Of a stretch of DNA of 64,000 nt, positions 42,857 to 54,012 are shown one piece after another (position 1 is the first letter of the stretch; each line of letters opens with the position of its first letter). The position numbers and the translations under genes were made by a program. The notes beneath the pieces are model-generated. The model was not told the DNA's origin. It was given only the letters and a program-made list of their open reading frames with translations, and did not search any database. The DNA is from Microcoleus sp. Its GTDB lineage: Bacteria > Cyanobacteriota > Cyanobacteriia > Cyanobacteriales > Microcoleaceae. The DNA lies in contig JAYFMW010000017.1 of assembly GCA_042408215.1 (NCBI GenBank), positions 288,001-352,000 of the forward strand, read 5' to 3'.

Positions 42857-43708
42857 CTACACCTCCCATTTCAATTCTTCGTTTTCTTTATCGGCAATTT
42901 CTTCAAATAAACGCTCCACAGTAGGGTCAAGTTCTTGACGCCAACGCAAATCTAAAGTAATTTCTAAACCATGATTTTGGTAATAATCTGAGCAACGCTT
43001 TGATACCTTATGTAAAAATTCTTCTGTATTTTTGTGTTGAGCCTTTACTATTAAAAACTTCGTTCCGTTGTTTCCTCCTACTGGATGATGTTCGTGCTGG
43101 TAATATTTAACCATTTGGGGTTGATAGTCTATTTCCAAAAAATCGCAAAGCGTTCTGATGACATTTTCTACATTTGTGGCAAGATGTTCATATTTTATCT
43201 TAATTTTATTACCCTTAAAATGACGGTACAATTCTTGGGTTTCATTAATGATTTCCTTCCAATCATTAATTATTTCTTTGACATTTTTTTGAGGATATTT
43301 TCTGGTGCGGGAATTGATAACTGCCCGCCCATCTCTTTGGAGAAATATCAAAAAAGGTTGGGAAGATGTTTTTTGAATAGTGGCTATTTGTTCTTCTAGC
43401 CAAGAAGTGTTTTTTGTAGAATCAATTACAATTGGCTTTTGTGTTTTGAGCGATATTTGTTCGTATAAGTCTAGGTGAGTGCTAGTAATAAAATCTTTCC
43501 AAACTGGACAATTGATACCACAAAGGTTGCAAGTTCTTTTTATGGGGTAGTTTGTATTTTGCATGAATCTGGCTTTCCTTGCCTCTCCCGAGTAGAAACA
43601 ATCCTGATGACTTCCCAGTATAAGTCCTAGAAGCGTAGAGCCAGAGTGACCAGCGCCACAGATAAAACAAACCTTTTGATTGATTCTTGATCCAGAATTT
43701 AGCACCAT
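42857..43708 (-). CDS. Sulfotransferase-family protein
   Basis: ICGAGHSGSTLL, IDSTK, LQRDGRAVINS, KYEHLA. Confidence 0.85.
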   Translation of the reverse strand: MVLNSGSRINQKVCFICGAGHSGSTLLGLILGSHQDCFYSGEARKARFMQNTNYPIKRTCNLCGINCPVWKDFITSTHLDLYEQISLKTQKPIVIDSTKNTSWLEEQIATIQKTSSQPFLIFLQRDGRAVINSRTRKYPQKNVKEIINDWKEIINETQELYRHFKGNKIKIKYEHLATNVENVIRTLCDFLEIDYQPQMVKYYQHEHHPVGGNNGTKFLIVKAQHKNTEEFLHKVSKRCSDYYQNHGLEITLDLRWRQELDPTVERLFEEIADKENEELKWEV

Positions 43709-43849
43709 ATCGCTCTACTGAAGTTATTGGTTAATTGATATCCGGATTAAACCAGATTAGTGGGATTGGGATTTTTTAACCGCAGATATCAGCAGATGAA
43801 CACAGATGCACGCTGATGGGATTTCTGAAGTGTTTCAACTCTGACTTAA

Positions 43850-44287
43850 TTAGCTATTCATCCGCCGAATAAACTCTAAAGGTAAACCGTCAGTATCGGC
43901 AATAAAAGCTACTTCGTAAACACGATCGCCGATCGCCTGTTGAGTCGGTTCTAATAAAACTTTCAGCGGCTGAAACTGGTTTGGTTGCTCCTTGGTTGCT
44001 TCCTCAAACCGCTCTTTGAGAGACTGTAACCAAGTAGGCAAATCAGTTGTCGTCTCAGTTAAATCGAAAGATAAATGATAGTATCCAACATAATGCTCGT
44101 CTCCGAAGGCATCAGGTGCGGGTTTCGGTTCCGGGATTTGGATGAGTTCGATGCGTCCGTTGAGACCTTCCATCCAACAGGCTAGAGTGTAACCGGTGGT
44201 AAAGCGATCGCTCACAGTAAATCCCAACTGTTCGTAAAAGGCGATCGCTCGGTGAATATTAGCAGTCCGAATCGAGGCGTGGTGCAT
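43850..44287 (-). CDS. VOC-family protein
   Basis: MHHASIRTANIHRAIAFYE, GYYHLSF, DTDGLPLEF. The upstream extension is STRR-derived. Confidence 0.88.
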   Translation of the reverse strand: MHHASIRTANIHRAIAFYEQLGFTVSDRFTTGYTLACWMEGLNGRIELIQIPEPKPAPDAFGDEHYVGYYHLSFDLTETTTDLPTWLQSLKERFEEATKEQPNQFQPLKVLLEPTQQAIGDRVYEVAFIADTDGLPLEFIRRMNS

Positions 44288-44428
44288 TCGATTTGAGATT
44301 TGAGATTTTAGATTAGGGAATTGGGAATTGGGCATCGGGCATTGGGCATTGCTAATTGGTAACTGGAACCAACAAATAACCAACGACTAATGACTAATGA
44401 CTAATGACTACGGACTAATGACTAATAA

Positions 44429-44938
44429 CTATTCAAACAACCGAAAATATGGATATCGAATCGGAACTCCCAGCTCTTTTTCCAAATCAAAATTAATTAC
44501 TTCCCAACAAGCTTCCTCCTGGGATTCGGGGCTAAAATCGACGGGTAAACCATAAAGCCTGGGCTGTGGCGATTCCGACTGACCCCGCCAAGGCGCGCTC
44601 CGCTCTAAATAGGTGCTGATTAATTCCCGATAGCGTTGGGCAATGATGATGCGAGTTGCTCGGTAGCCTTGAGTATACAGTCGATCGAGCGCTTCGTGAA
44701 TTTCAAACCGAATGCCGTCGGGGTGAGTGTGCTGGCGATACCATTCATTCTCCCAGTGACGCCAGTGTCGCCCAGACTGAAGGTGAACTAAATCCCCTGT
44801 TTTTGGATCGGCCTCAAATGCCCCGTGACGCGGACATAAATAGGTATCCGTGAGAGTTAGAGCCGGAATGGTTTGGCGACAGTGGGGACACTGAATTTCC
44901 GGGCCAAACATCGGGTATTGCAAGGCTACTTCGATCAT
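44429..44938 (-). CDS. Conserved cyanobacterial protein (TIGR02652-like)
   Basis: YPMFGPEIQCPHCRQTIPALTLTDTYLCPRHGAFEA; C-terminal YPYFRLFE. Confidence 0.85.
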   Translation of the reverse strand: MIEVALQYPMFGPEIQCPHCRQTIPALTLTDTYLCPRHGAFEADPKTGDLVHLQSGRHWRHWENEWYRQHTHPDGIRFEIHEALDRLYTQGYRATRIIIAQRYRELISTYLERSAPWRGQSESPQPRLYGLPVDFSPESQEEACWEVINFDLEKELGVPIRYPYFRLFE

Positions 44939-45106
44939 GTAGTGCGTCCCAAAATATTTTCTCTGCAAAAGTGCCAAATGCTTTTATTATATCTCCTATT
45001 GACAACCACTTAATCTGCTAAAACTCAACATTCCTGGATCTAAATTTAAGCGGGCGGGCAGGATGCCCACCCCACAAGACTTTTCAGCAACACAACCGAT
45101 CGACAA

Positions 45107-45661
45107 ATGAGCATTTTCAACGAACATCTTGCTAAAGTTACTTCCTATTGGCCCGCGCCCGACCTCTGTGCGGCCGCTTTTGTCGCCCCAGGCGCTGTTG
45201 TCATCGGTAGGGTAGAAGTGGCGGCGGGGGCGAGTATTTGGTACGGGGCGGTGGTGCGAGGGGATGTGGAGCGAATTGCGATCGGCTCTTGTACTAATAT
45301 CCAAGATGGAGCTGTTTTACACGGCGATCCGGGGAAACCAACTATTTTGGAAGATTTTGTGACTGTGGGACACCGAGCTGTGATTCACTCAGCTTACATT
45401 GAGCGGGGCAGTTTGATCGGGATTGGGGCGATCGTCCTCGATGGAGTCAGAGTGGGAACAGGCTCTATCGTCGGTGCAGGGGCTGTTGTTACCAAAGACG
45501 TTCCCCCTCACACGCTAGTTGCGGGAGTACCTGCCAAGCGGCTGCGGGATGTCTCACAGGAGGAATCTGCGGAGTTAATAGAGCACGCTAAGCGTTACGA
45601 AAAGTTGGCGGAAGTTCACGCTGGGAAAGGCACTGATTTGGGATTTAATATTCAGGGCTAG
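45107..45661 (+). CDS. Gamma carbonic anhydrase-family protein
   Basis: [29 protein letters not shown] hexapeptide repeats. Confidence 0.92.
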   Translation: MSIFNEHLAKVTSYWPAPDLCAAAFVAPGAVVIGRVEVAAGASIWYGAVVRGDVERIAIGSCTNIQDGAVLHGDPGKPTILEDFVTVGHRAVIHSAYIERGSLIGIGAIVLDGVRVGTGSIVGAGAVVTKDVPPHTLVAGVPAKRLRDVSQEESAELIEHAKRYEKLAEVHAGKGTDLGFNIQG

Positions 45662-45682
45662 GATTCATATAAAATTTAGACC

Positions 45683-48184
45683 ATGAACGATCGCACATCT
45701 CATCCAAACATCCCCCCGCACACCTGGAAACGCCCCATCGGCCTCGGTTGGGACAATCCCTACACAGTCCGCTACCCAAGCAATCTCGACGACGGGCCCT
45801 GGCACGGAATGCCCCTGGGCGGCTTCGGCGCTGGCTGCATCGGGCGATCGCCCCGTGGAGACTTCAACCTCTGGCACATCGATGGCGGCGAACACATTTT
45901 TAATAGTTTACCCGCTTGTCAATTCAGCGTTTTTGAAGAAACTAAAGGCAAAAAACAAGCTTTTGCACTCTGTACTGAACCGCCTACAGATGGCTGTTTA
46001 TCTAGTTGGAAATGGTATCCCAAGGAAGGAAGTTCGGCAACGGATTCTGTAACGGATGTAACGGATGAAAAGAAGAAGGAAGATTTGAATTCTTCTGGGA
46101 ATTATCATGCTTTGTATCCCCGGAGTTGGTGGGTTTATGAAAATGTATTTCAGGCTCAATTAAGCTGCGAGCAATTTTCACCAGTTATACCTCATAACTA
46201 TCAAGAAAGTAGTTATCCAGTCGCCATGTTTGAATGGGTTGCCCACAATCCTACAGATGCGCCGATTACTCTCAGCATCATGTTAACTTGGGAGAATATT
46301 GTTGGCTGGTTTACTAATGCTATACCCCCCCAGCCCCCCCTTGCTAAGGGGGGGTATGGGGGGGTTCCCGTGAAAGTTCGAGATGATGGTAGTCCGGTTT
46401 ATGACTATCAGCCCCGGTGGGGAGAAAGTGGCGGAAATATGAATTTGTTGGTGGAAGATTTTCACCGAATTGGCTGCGTGATGACGCGCTTAAATGCTGA
46501 TGATGATCCAAAAGAAGGAGATGGACAATGGGCGATCGGCACTATTACCAATCCAGCCGTAGAAGTATTCTATCAAACTCGCTGGAATCCGGCGGGGAAG
46601 GGCGAGGACATCTGGCAGAACTTTTCTGGTGACGGTTGTTTGCTGGATGATAAAAACGAGACAGTCGCAGCCCCAGGAGAACGATCGGCTTGTGCGATCG
46701 CAGTTAGGTTTACCATTAGACCAGGAAAAACTCGCAAGATTCCCTTTATTTTAGCATGGGATTTGCCCATTACTGAGTTTGCACCGGGAACTTGGTATTA
46801 CCGCCGCTATACGGATTTCTTCGGCCGCAATGGCAAAAATGCTTGGTCGATGATTCGCACCGCAATGAAGCATTCCGATACTTGGCGCGACAAGATTGAA
46901 GCTTGGCAAAAACCGATTTTGGAACGGGAAGATTTGACTGATAGTTTCAAAATGGCGCTGTTTAATGAGTTGTATATCCTAACTGATGGCGGTACAATTT
47001 GGACTGCGGCTGACGAACGCGATCCGAAGGGTCAATTTGGAGTTTTGGAGTGCATTGATTACCGCTGGTATGAAAGTTTAGACGTGCGTCTTTACGGTTC
47101 TTTTGCTTTGTTGATGTTGTGGCCGGAATTAGAAAAATCGGTAATTATAGCTTTCGCGCGGGCAATTTCTACTGGTGATGATACTCCTAGAATTGTTGGC
47201 TGGAATCAAGCTTCTGCGATTCGGAAAGCCGTCGGTGCGACACCGCACGATTTGGGAGCTCCCAACGAGCATCCTTGGGAGAAAACGAATTATACTAGCT
47301 ATCAAGATTGCAATTTGTGGAAGGATTTGCCTTCGGATTTTGTGTTGCAGGTTTATCGGGATTTCTTGTTGACTGGTAGCACGGATTATGAGTTTTTGCA
47401 AGAGTGTTGGCCGGCAATTGTTGAGGCTTTGGCTTATCTGAAAACCTTTGATGAAGATGGGGACGGAATTCCTGAGAATTCGGGAGCACCGGATCAGACT
47501 TTTGATGATTGGCAAATGCGGGGGATAAGTGCCTATTGCGGTGGTTTGTGGTTGGCTGCGTTGGAAAGTGCGATCGCGATCGGCGAAATCTTAGAAGATG
47601 CAGCGCCAGAGATAATTCCCAATCCCCAAGCAAAAATATCATTATATCACAGTTGGCTGGAACAAGCAAGACCAAACTATCAAGAAAAACTCTGGAACGG
47701 TCAATATTACCGTTTGGATAGTGAGAGTAATTCTGAAGTGGTGATGACGGATCAATTGTGCGGTCAATTTTACGCTAAATTGTTAGGTTTGCCGGATATT
47801 GTACCGCCAGAATGTGCCGTTAGCGCCTTAGAAACAGTCTATGAATCTTGTTTTCTGAAGTTTAATGATGGCGAGTTTGGTGCTGCGAATGGGGTGATGC
47901 TAAACGGTACACCGGAAAATCCGAATGCGACTCATCCTTTGGAAGTTTGGACGGGGATTAATTTTGGGTTGGCGGCTTTTTTGGTGCAGATGGGGATGGA
48001 GGAGAAAGCGTTTAAGTTGACTGATGCGGTGGTGCGACAGATTTATGAGAATGGGTTGCAGTTTCGGACGCCGGAAGCGATTACGGCGGTGGGGACTTTT
48101 CGGGCGAGTCATTATTTGCGGGCGATGGCTATTTGGGCAATTTATTATGTTATGAATTTGAAAACCGCTGATGTAAGCAGATGA
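45683..48184 (+). CDS. GH116-family glycoside hydrolase (GBA2-like)
   Basis: GMPLGGFGAG, LECIDYRWYESLDV, PHDLG, WKDL, PDQTFDDW, FRTPEA, YLRAMAIW. Confidence 0.92.
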   Translation: MNDRTSHPNIPPHTWKRPIGLGWDNPYTVRYPSNLDDGPWHGMPLGGFGAGCIGRSPRGDFNLWHIDGGEHIFNSLPACQFSVFEETKGKKQAFALCTEPPTDGCLSSWKWYPKEGSSATDSVTDVTDEKKKEDLNSSGNYHALYPRSWWVYENVFQAQLSCEQFSPVIPHNYQESSYPVAMFEWVAHNPTDAPITLSIMLTWENIVGWFTNAIPPQPPLAKGGYGGVPVKVRDDGSPVYDYQPRWGESGGNMNLLVEDFHRIGCVMTRLNADDDPKEGDGQWAIGTITNPAVEVFYQTRWNPAGKGEDIWQNFSGDGCLLDDKNETVAAPGERSACAIAVRFTIRPGKTRKIPFILAWDLPITEFAPGTWYYRRYTDFFGRNGKNAWSMIRTAMKHSDTWRDKIEAWQKPILEREDLTDSFKMALFNELYILTDGGTIWTAADERDPKGQFGVLECIDYRWYESLDVRLYGSFALLMLWPELEKSVIIAFARAISTGDDTPRIVGWNQASAIRKAVGATPHDLGAPNEHPWEKTNYTSYQDCNLWKDLPSDFVLQVYRDFLLTGSTDYEFLQECWPAIVEALAYLKTFDEDGDGIPENSGAPDQTFDDWQMRGISAYCGGLWLAALESAIAIGEILEDAAPEIIPNPQAKISLYHSWLEQARPNYQEKLWNGQYYRLDSESNSEVVMTDQLCGQFYAKLLGLPDIVPPECAVSALETVYESCFLKFNDGEFGAANGVMLNGTPENPNATHPLEVWTGINFGLAAFLVQMGMEEKAFKLTDAVVRQIYENGLQFRTPEAITAVGTFRASHYLRAMAIWAIYYVMNLKTADVSR

Positions 48185-48388
48185 ACACTGATTAACGCAG
48201 ATAATATCTGATTTATCTGCGTTGATTGGTGTTTGTTTGGTTGTCAAATTGAAAATTAGTATTAGTTAAGGAGTTATATCAATTCCGGTTGGATCGGAAT
48301 GATTTAACCGCAGAGAACGCAGAGAACACAGAGGAAGAGAAGAGAGAGATGAATAATTCTGATGAAGAGAGGATTTTATATTAGAGAT

Positions 48389-48729
48389 ATGAATCCTCTC
48401 TTAAAAAACTATTGCGCGAGTGTTGAGTTTCCTGATGTGAGCGGTGCAGAATACTTAGAAATGCTCCAAATTCGCGATCGCCTTGCAGAAAGTGCATCTC
48501 AATTGAGTGAAGAAGAAAAGATATTACTCGCCAATTAATTTAAAACGTAAATGTTTTTTATCACGAGTTGTCGCGCTTTGTCAATTTAACTGCAATGAGA
48601 AAAGCAGAAGCTATTCTTCCTCAAGGTTGGTGGTGGTATTTGGATGTGTTGGTATTTTTGCCAATTTCCTTAAAACCAGAGTTAAACAGTCGAAATGTTG
48701 AGGTAGATCAGGTGTTGGCTGCTAAATAG
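48389..48729 (+). pseudogene. Frameshifted small hypothetical protein gene
   Basis: MNPLLKNY..VEFPDVSGAEYLEML...LLAN* stops at 48538; another frame continues FYHELSRFVNL...WWWYLDVLV to TAG at 48729. Confidence 0.6.
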
Positions 48730-48780
48730 AACTAATATTTAATGCAAGGATTAAAGTCCTTACTAAAAACCTATTGTGTC

Positions 48781-51700
48781 TTAAATTATGGTAAAGTCTT
48801 GTGGTTCGATCGCACTTGCTTGCATTCCTTTGAGTTTAGCTAAAAGTCGATCGGTTCCGGCTATCCTGATTAAGGTAGCACTGTTTTCTTGGACAATGCT
48901 GAGTCCATCGAATGTCAAGCCTCTTGTTAAAATAAGCACATCTTCGCCCTTGGTAAAATCAGTAATTACATGACCGCCTTCTCCCGCAGTTAACACAAAG
49001 TAATCGCGTCCGTTTCCCCCTTGCAGTGTATCATTACCTAAATCTCCCATCAGCCAGTCATCGCCTATTCCGCCCGTCAAAGTATCGTCACCTTTGCCGC
49101 CATGAAGAGTATCATTACCGTCACATCCACACAATTTATCGGTATCGTCATTGCCAAAAATTAAGTCATTACCACTACCACCGCAGATGTAATCTTTTTG
49201 ACTGCTAGCATCTGTGGCAATATTATCCGTATCTCCCACCATTGTATCGTCTCCTTCGCCACCGCAGATGCTGTCATTTCCTAAATCTCCTAACAGTAAA
49301 TCATTGCCGGAATTGCCGAATATTAGATCGTTATCTTGACCACCATGTAGGGTATCATTATCTTCGCCACCAGAAAGAGAGTCTTCGCTTTCTTTTCCAT
49401 ATAAAATGTCATTTCCCCGATCGCCAAATAGCAAATCTCGTCCAGTTAAATCACCATCAGACGCATCTGAAGTGTCGCCAAATATGGTATCATTACCGTC
49501 ATCGCCAAGTAAAGTATCGTTGCCTTTATCGCCCCAGATTAAGTCATTGTCTTTGCCGCCGATCGCCAGATCGTGATCCTTACCTGAATAAATAATATCA
49601 TCGCCAGCATGACCGATGATGTAGTCATGGTTTTCATTGCCAAATATGGTGTCGCTGTCTGTATCCGGGGCGACAGAAATGTTACTAGGAAATCCACCAT
49701 AAATATGATCGCTGCCTTCGAGTCCAATTAGCAAGTCGCTACCGTTAAAACCATTGATGCTGTCGTTAAAATTACTCCCCGTTAAGGTATCTTTACCGTC
49801 AGTAGTGTTGAGGGTGTTTTCGGTAATATTGGGGGCGGGAATGGAAGTGCGATCGGGTAAAATAGTGCGATCGCAAATGCAGTTTTCCCAAAAAGTGTCG
49901 GTATTCCCCCCATCAAAATCAGTCGGCGTTTCCCCAGCAACTTGTAGGGGCGGTGCCCCCAGGCTCACCCCCACCTGAATTGGAGTTTCCGCAGAAGTTG
50001 GCGTCGGCGTCGGAGTTTCCGCAGAAATTGGAATTGGCGTCGGCGTCGGAGTTTCCGCAGAAATTGGAGTTGGCGTCGGCGTCGGAGTTTCCGCAGAAAT
50101 TGGAATTGGCGTCGGCGTCGGAGTTTCCGCAGAAATTGGAGTTGGCGTCGGTGTCGGAGTTTCCGCAGAAATTGGAGTTGGAGTTGGCGTCGGAGTTTCT
50201 GCAGAAATTGGAGTTGGCGTCGGCGTCGGAGTTTCCGCAGAAATTGGAGTTGGCGTCGGTGTCGGAGTTTCCGCAGAAATTGGAGTCGGTGTCGGCGTCG
50301 GAGTTTCCGCAGGCGTCGGAGTCGGAGTCGGAGTTGGAGTCGGAGTTTCCGCAGAAATTGGAGTTGGTGTCGGCGTCGGAGTTTCCGCAGGCGTCGGAGT
50401 CGGAGTCGGAGTTGGAGTCGGAGTTTCCGCAGAAATTGGAGTTGGCGTCGGCGTCGGAGTTTCCGCAGAAATTGGTGTCGGAGTTTCCGCAGAAATTGGA
50501 GTTGGCGTCGGCGTCGGAGTTTCCGCAGAAATTGGTGTCGGAGTTTCCGCAGAAATTGGAGTTGGCGTCGGCGTCGGAGTTTCCGCAGAAATTGGTGTCG
50601 GCGTCGGAGTCGGAGTTTCCGCAGAAATTGGAATTGGCGTCGGAGTTTCCGCAGGCGTCGGAGTCGGAGTCGGAGTTGGAGTCGGAGTTTCCGCAGAAAT
50701 TGGAGTTGGCGTCGGTGTCGGAGTTTCCGCAGAAATTGGAGTTGGAGTTGGCGTCGGAGTTTCCGCAGAAATTGGAATTGGCGTCGGCGTCGGAGTTTCC
50801 GCAGAAATTGGTGTCGGCGTCGGAGTCAGAGTTTCCGCAGGAGTTGGAGTCGGCGTCGGAGTTTCCGCAGAAATTGGAGTTGGCGTCGGAGTTGGAGTCG
50901 GAGTTTCCGCAGAAATTGGAGTTGGCGTCGGCGTCGGAGTTTCCGCAGAAATTGGAGTTGGCGTCGGCGTCGGAGTTTCCGCAGAAATTGGTGTCGGAGT
51001 TTCCGCAGAAATTGGAGTTGGCGTCGGCGTCGGAGTTTCCGCAGAAATTGGTGTCGGCGTCGGAGTCGGAGTTTCCGCAGGCGTTGGCGTCGGCGTCGGC
51101 GTCGGAGTTTCCGCAGAAATTGGTGTCGGAGTTTCCGCAGAAATTGGAGTTGGCGTCGGCGTCGGAGTTTCCGCAGAAATTGGAGTTGGAGTCGGCGTCG
51201 GAGTTTCCGCAGGCGTCGGAATTGGCGTCGGAGTGGGAGTCGTATCTACAATAGTCAAAACAGCCGTCGAAATTGTTCCCAAATCAGCCCCATTAGTAGG
51301 AGAAATTAATCTGAGGTTAACAGTTTCATTCCCTTCTACTAAGGTGTCATCAATAATTTCAATAGTGAAAGTTTTACTCGTTTCGCCGATCGCAAAATTC
51401 AAAGTACCCGATGTCGCAGTATAATCGCTACCAGCATTCGCCGTGCCATTACTTGTGTTATAATCGACACTCGCCACTCCATTAATATCATCAGTGCGAG
51501 TCACAGTAATTGTGCCAAAATTACCGTTTTCACTAACCGTATAATCTGCCGCACTAAAGTTAAATGTACCTGTATTATTGACGTTGATCCTGAAAGTTTG
51601 ATTTGGCGAAGTATCCACGCCACCGTTAGCTGTACCGCCACTGTCTTTGAGGTTTATAGTAATCGTAGCATTGCCAGTTTTACCTGTTGCGGGCGTAAAA

Positions 51701-53721
51701 GTTAGTTGTCCTAAAGAGTCGATCGCCGGTGCTACACTAAATAAACCTGTATTGTCATTCCCCACCACTTGAAAGTTTACGCTTTGTGCCGACTCGTTGG
51801 CGGGGCCTGGAAAAATGGCTGTAGCCCATCCAGTAACGCTTTGTGGGCCTGCGTTGCGATTGAGGGTGCGATCGAGCCCTTTGACAAACGAGGGTGCGTC
51901 GTTGACTGAATTAACTGCGATCGCCGATGTTATTGAATTAGTGCTAAACGGTGTCGTTCCCCCAGTAACAGAAGCATTGACACCCGTTGTACCGCTAGCT
52001 ACTCCGTTACTTCCATCCCATGCCCGAAAGGTAATTGTCGGTTCATTACCAGGGGTACTGTAATAGTCTGGATTGGGTACAAAGCGGACTCTCGGATTCG
52101 ATCGACTTTGCAAGAAAACCTGCGTTAGGTTGATGTTAGCCTTGGCCTCAGTAGTATTGTCGCCGAGGAATAGAAAGTTAGGAGTTTCGTAAGGATCGAT
52201 CGGGCCACTAAATGCCGAATAATCTCGCAGCGGGCCACTAAATCCGGTGCTACCGTCAAAAATGGGGCTACCATCATTAACAAGAGAGTAACTGTCGCCT
52301 TGAATGCTGAGAGTGTAGTTAGTAGCGCGATTGGTGTTGTAAGCAATATTTTCGGCTGGCAGAAATAAGCCGTTGGGTTGTCCGCCTGGATTGGGAGTAA
52401 TACCGTCTCCTTTTGCAAATATCCTGCCGGAAGTTGCAGATAGCTGTTGGAAACCAATTTCAATTGCTTTGCGATCGCTTGTAACTACAACAATACTAAA
52501 ACCTGCTTCATTCTGATCGCTCCGCGATTCTGAAATAATTTGAAGATTAAAAGATATTTCAAATCCAACAGTAACAAAGCCTGCATTCCTATCCAGTAAA
52601 GGAAATGATGAATTTAAAGGAGTTCCTAAAGCCCTATGGCTGCTGTATCCAGCATAGATACTATTTGCAGCATTGCTGTTTAAATTAGCTCCATTCCCGC
52701 TAAATATTTCTGAAGCATTAGAAGTAGGAGAAGCCGCATTTAAGTTTGTCAAATCCAGCCAACCTTGAGGACTGGGAGTATTGCCAACTAAGCCATTATA
52801 AAGAAAAGTCGGGCCGAGTACAGTTGCTGAACTGTCAGAAACAGTGCCGAAATCTGTCCAAGTATTGTCGCCGTTAGTTGAAAATTGCCAATTGCCGTTA
52901 GTATTGTCAACTCCCGTGACTGCCATACCGAAAGGATATCCATTAGGATCGCTTACCACATCGTAAAGATAGGCATAAATATTAATTCCCCTGTTATTTG
53001 CATTGGGCAAATCTTCGTTCATGAATAATGCCAGCGGATTAACAGAAGTATCCAAAACAGGAGCGCTGTTTACCTGCCGGTTGCGGAGGCTGTCAATATA
53101 AATAGTGTTAATTCCGCCGTTGGGCAAACCGATAGAACCCGGACTGTTGACAGCATAATTAGCAGTTTTGTTGACTCCACCAAGAGCACTATAAAATTCG
53201 ACATTTCCACCATTATTTGGTGCTGGAATTTGCACTTTAGCTGCATTTCCCAAGGCTCCTAAACCAGTAGTCGGCCAGGCGATCGAATCAATTGAAGTAA
53301 TCCCCGAACTGCTAGTATCTACCCACGCAATATCAGATTCTGCAAAATCCCCTCCAAAACCGTTAGTGCTGAATAAAACATTGTTTAGATACGTGCCACC
53401 AGCACCATTATTGATCGGCAATTGAATGTTCCAATCACCATTAGTTCCGCCCGGAACTGGGTTGTAGGCAATATCATTAGTAGGAATTACACTTGAACCG
53501 CCGATCGCAATTATGGTTCCTGCCTTGAATACAGGAGCAATATCTCCCATATTCCTGAACTGATAAGCAGATCTTTTGATAGCGGTTGAACCATCTGCAT
53601 CGCCTACAAAATAAGACTGAAGTTGAGCGGCATTCATGTCTTCAGTGAGCAGCAATTCCACATACTCATTACCCTGAAACATTCCATTGCGCCGGAATTC
53701 GTTGATTATTATCTGTCCCAT
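48781..53721 (-). CDS. Giant secreted surface protein: Ig/cadherin-like repeats, Calx-beta, Pro/Thr linker, Cys-containing RTX C-terminus
   Basis: VNSAPVL/VNDAPSF repeats, ATAGSDY-type Calx-beta (ANAGSDYT...DDTLVEGNE), (TP)nISAE repeats, GGxGxD. Start taken at MGQII. Confidence 0.88.
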   Translation of the reverse strand: MGQIIINEFRRNGMFQGNEYVELLLTEDMNAAQLQSYFVGDADGSTAIKRSAYQFRNMGDIAPVFKAGTIIAIGGSSVIPTNDIAYNPVPGGTNGDWNIQLPINNGAGGTYLNNVLFSTNGFGGDFAESDIAWVDTSSSGITSIDSIAWPTTGLGALGNAAKVQIPAPNNGGNVEFYSALGGVNKTANYAVNSPGSIGLPNGGINTIYIDSLRNRQVNSAPVLDTSVNPLALFMNEDLPNANNRGINIYAYLYDVVSDPNGYPFGMAVTGVDNTNGNWQFSTNGDNTWTDFGTVSDSSATVLGPTFLYNGLVGNTPSPQGWLDLTNLNAASPTSNASEIFSGNGANLNSNAANSIYAGYSSHRALGTPLNSSFPLLDRNAGFVTVGFEISFNLQIISESRSDQNEAGFSIVVVTSDRKAIEIGFQQLSATSGRIFAKGDGITPNPGGQPNGLFLPAENIAYNTNRATNYTLSIQGDSYSLVNDGSPIFDGSTGFSGPLRDYSAFSGPIDPYETPNFLFLGDNTTEAKANINLTQVFLQSRSNPRVRFVPNPDYYSTPGNEPTITFRAWDGSNGVASGTTGVNASVTGGTTPFSTNSITSAIAVNSVNDAPSFVKGLDRTLNRNAGPQSVTGWATAIFPGPANESAQSVNFQVVGNDNTGLFSVAPAIDSLGQLTFTPATGKTGNATITINLKDSGGTANGGVDTSPNQTFRINVNNTGTFNFSAADYTVSENGNFGTITVTRTDDINGVASVDYNTSNGTANAGSDYTATSGTLNFAIGETSKTFTIEIIDDTLVEGNETVNLRLISPTNGADLGTISTAVLTIVDTTPTPTPIPTPAETPTPTPTPISAETPTPTPTPISAETPTPISAETPTPTPTPTPAETPTPTPTPISAETPTPTPTPISAETPTPISAETPTPTPTPISAETPTPTPTPISAETPTPTPTPTPISAETPTPTPTPAETLTPTPTPISAETPTPTPIPISAETPTPTPTPISAETPTPTPTPISAETPTPTPTPTPTPAETPTPIPISAETPTPTPTPISAETPTPTPTPISAETPTPISAETPTPTPTPISAETPTPISAETPTPTPTPISAETPTPTPTPTPTPAETPTPTPTPISAETPTPTPTPTPTPAETPTPTPTPISAETPTPTPTPISAETPTPTPTPISAETPTPTPTPISAETPTPTPTPISAETPTPTPIPISAETPTPTPTPISAETPTPTPIPISAETPTPTPTSAETPIQVGVSLGAPPLQVAGETPTDFDGGNTDTFWENCICDRTILPDRTSIPAPNITENTLNTTDGKDTLTGSNFNDSINGFNGSDLLIGLEGSDHIYGGFPSNISVAPDTDSDTIFGNENHDYIIGHAGDDIIYSGKDHDLAIGGKDNDLIWGDKGNDTLLGDDGNDTIFGDTSDASDGDLTGRDLLFGDRGNDILYGKESEDSLSGGEDNDTLHGGQDNDLIFGNSGNDLLLGDLGNDSICGGEGDDTMVGDTDNIATDASSQKDYICGGSGNDLIFGNDDTDKLCGCDGNDTLHGGKGDDTLTGGIGDDWLMGDLGNDTLQGGNGRDYFVLTAGEGGHVITDFTKGEDVLILTRGLTFDGLSIVQENSATLIRIAGTDRLLAKLKGMQASAIEPQDFTII

Positions 53722-54012
53722 ATAGATGCACCTAAATTTCAAATAAAAATGACGTTTGCTCTGCCAAACACTGCCGCCCTAGGACTAGCGACCTAAATTC
53801 ATTTTTTCAGATTATTTGCGTGATTATACTGAGCTAGAAATGTAAATTGGTGTTAAATATAATATTAAATCATAACTGTACGGATTGGCTGTGTCAAGCA
53901 CAATCTTAAATAACTGAGTTTGTCGGGATGATGAAGCGCGGATTTGAGATGATGAGTTTGAAAACCGCAGATGTAGACAGATAAATACTGATCGACGCAG
54001 ATATTTCTGATT

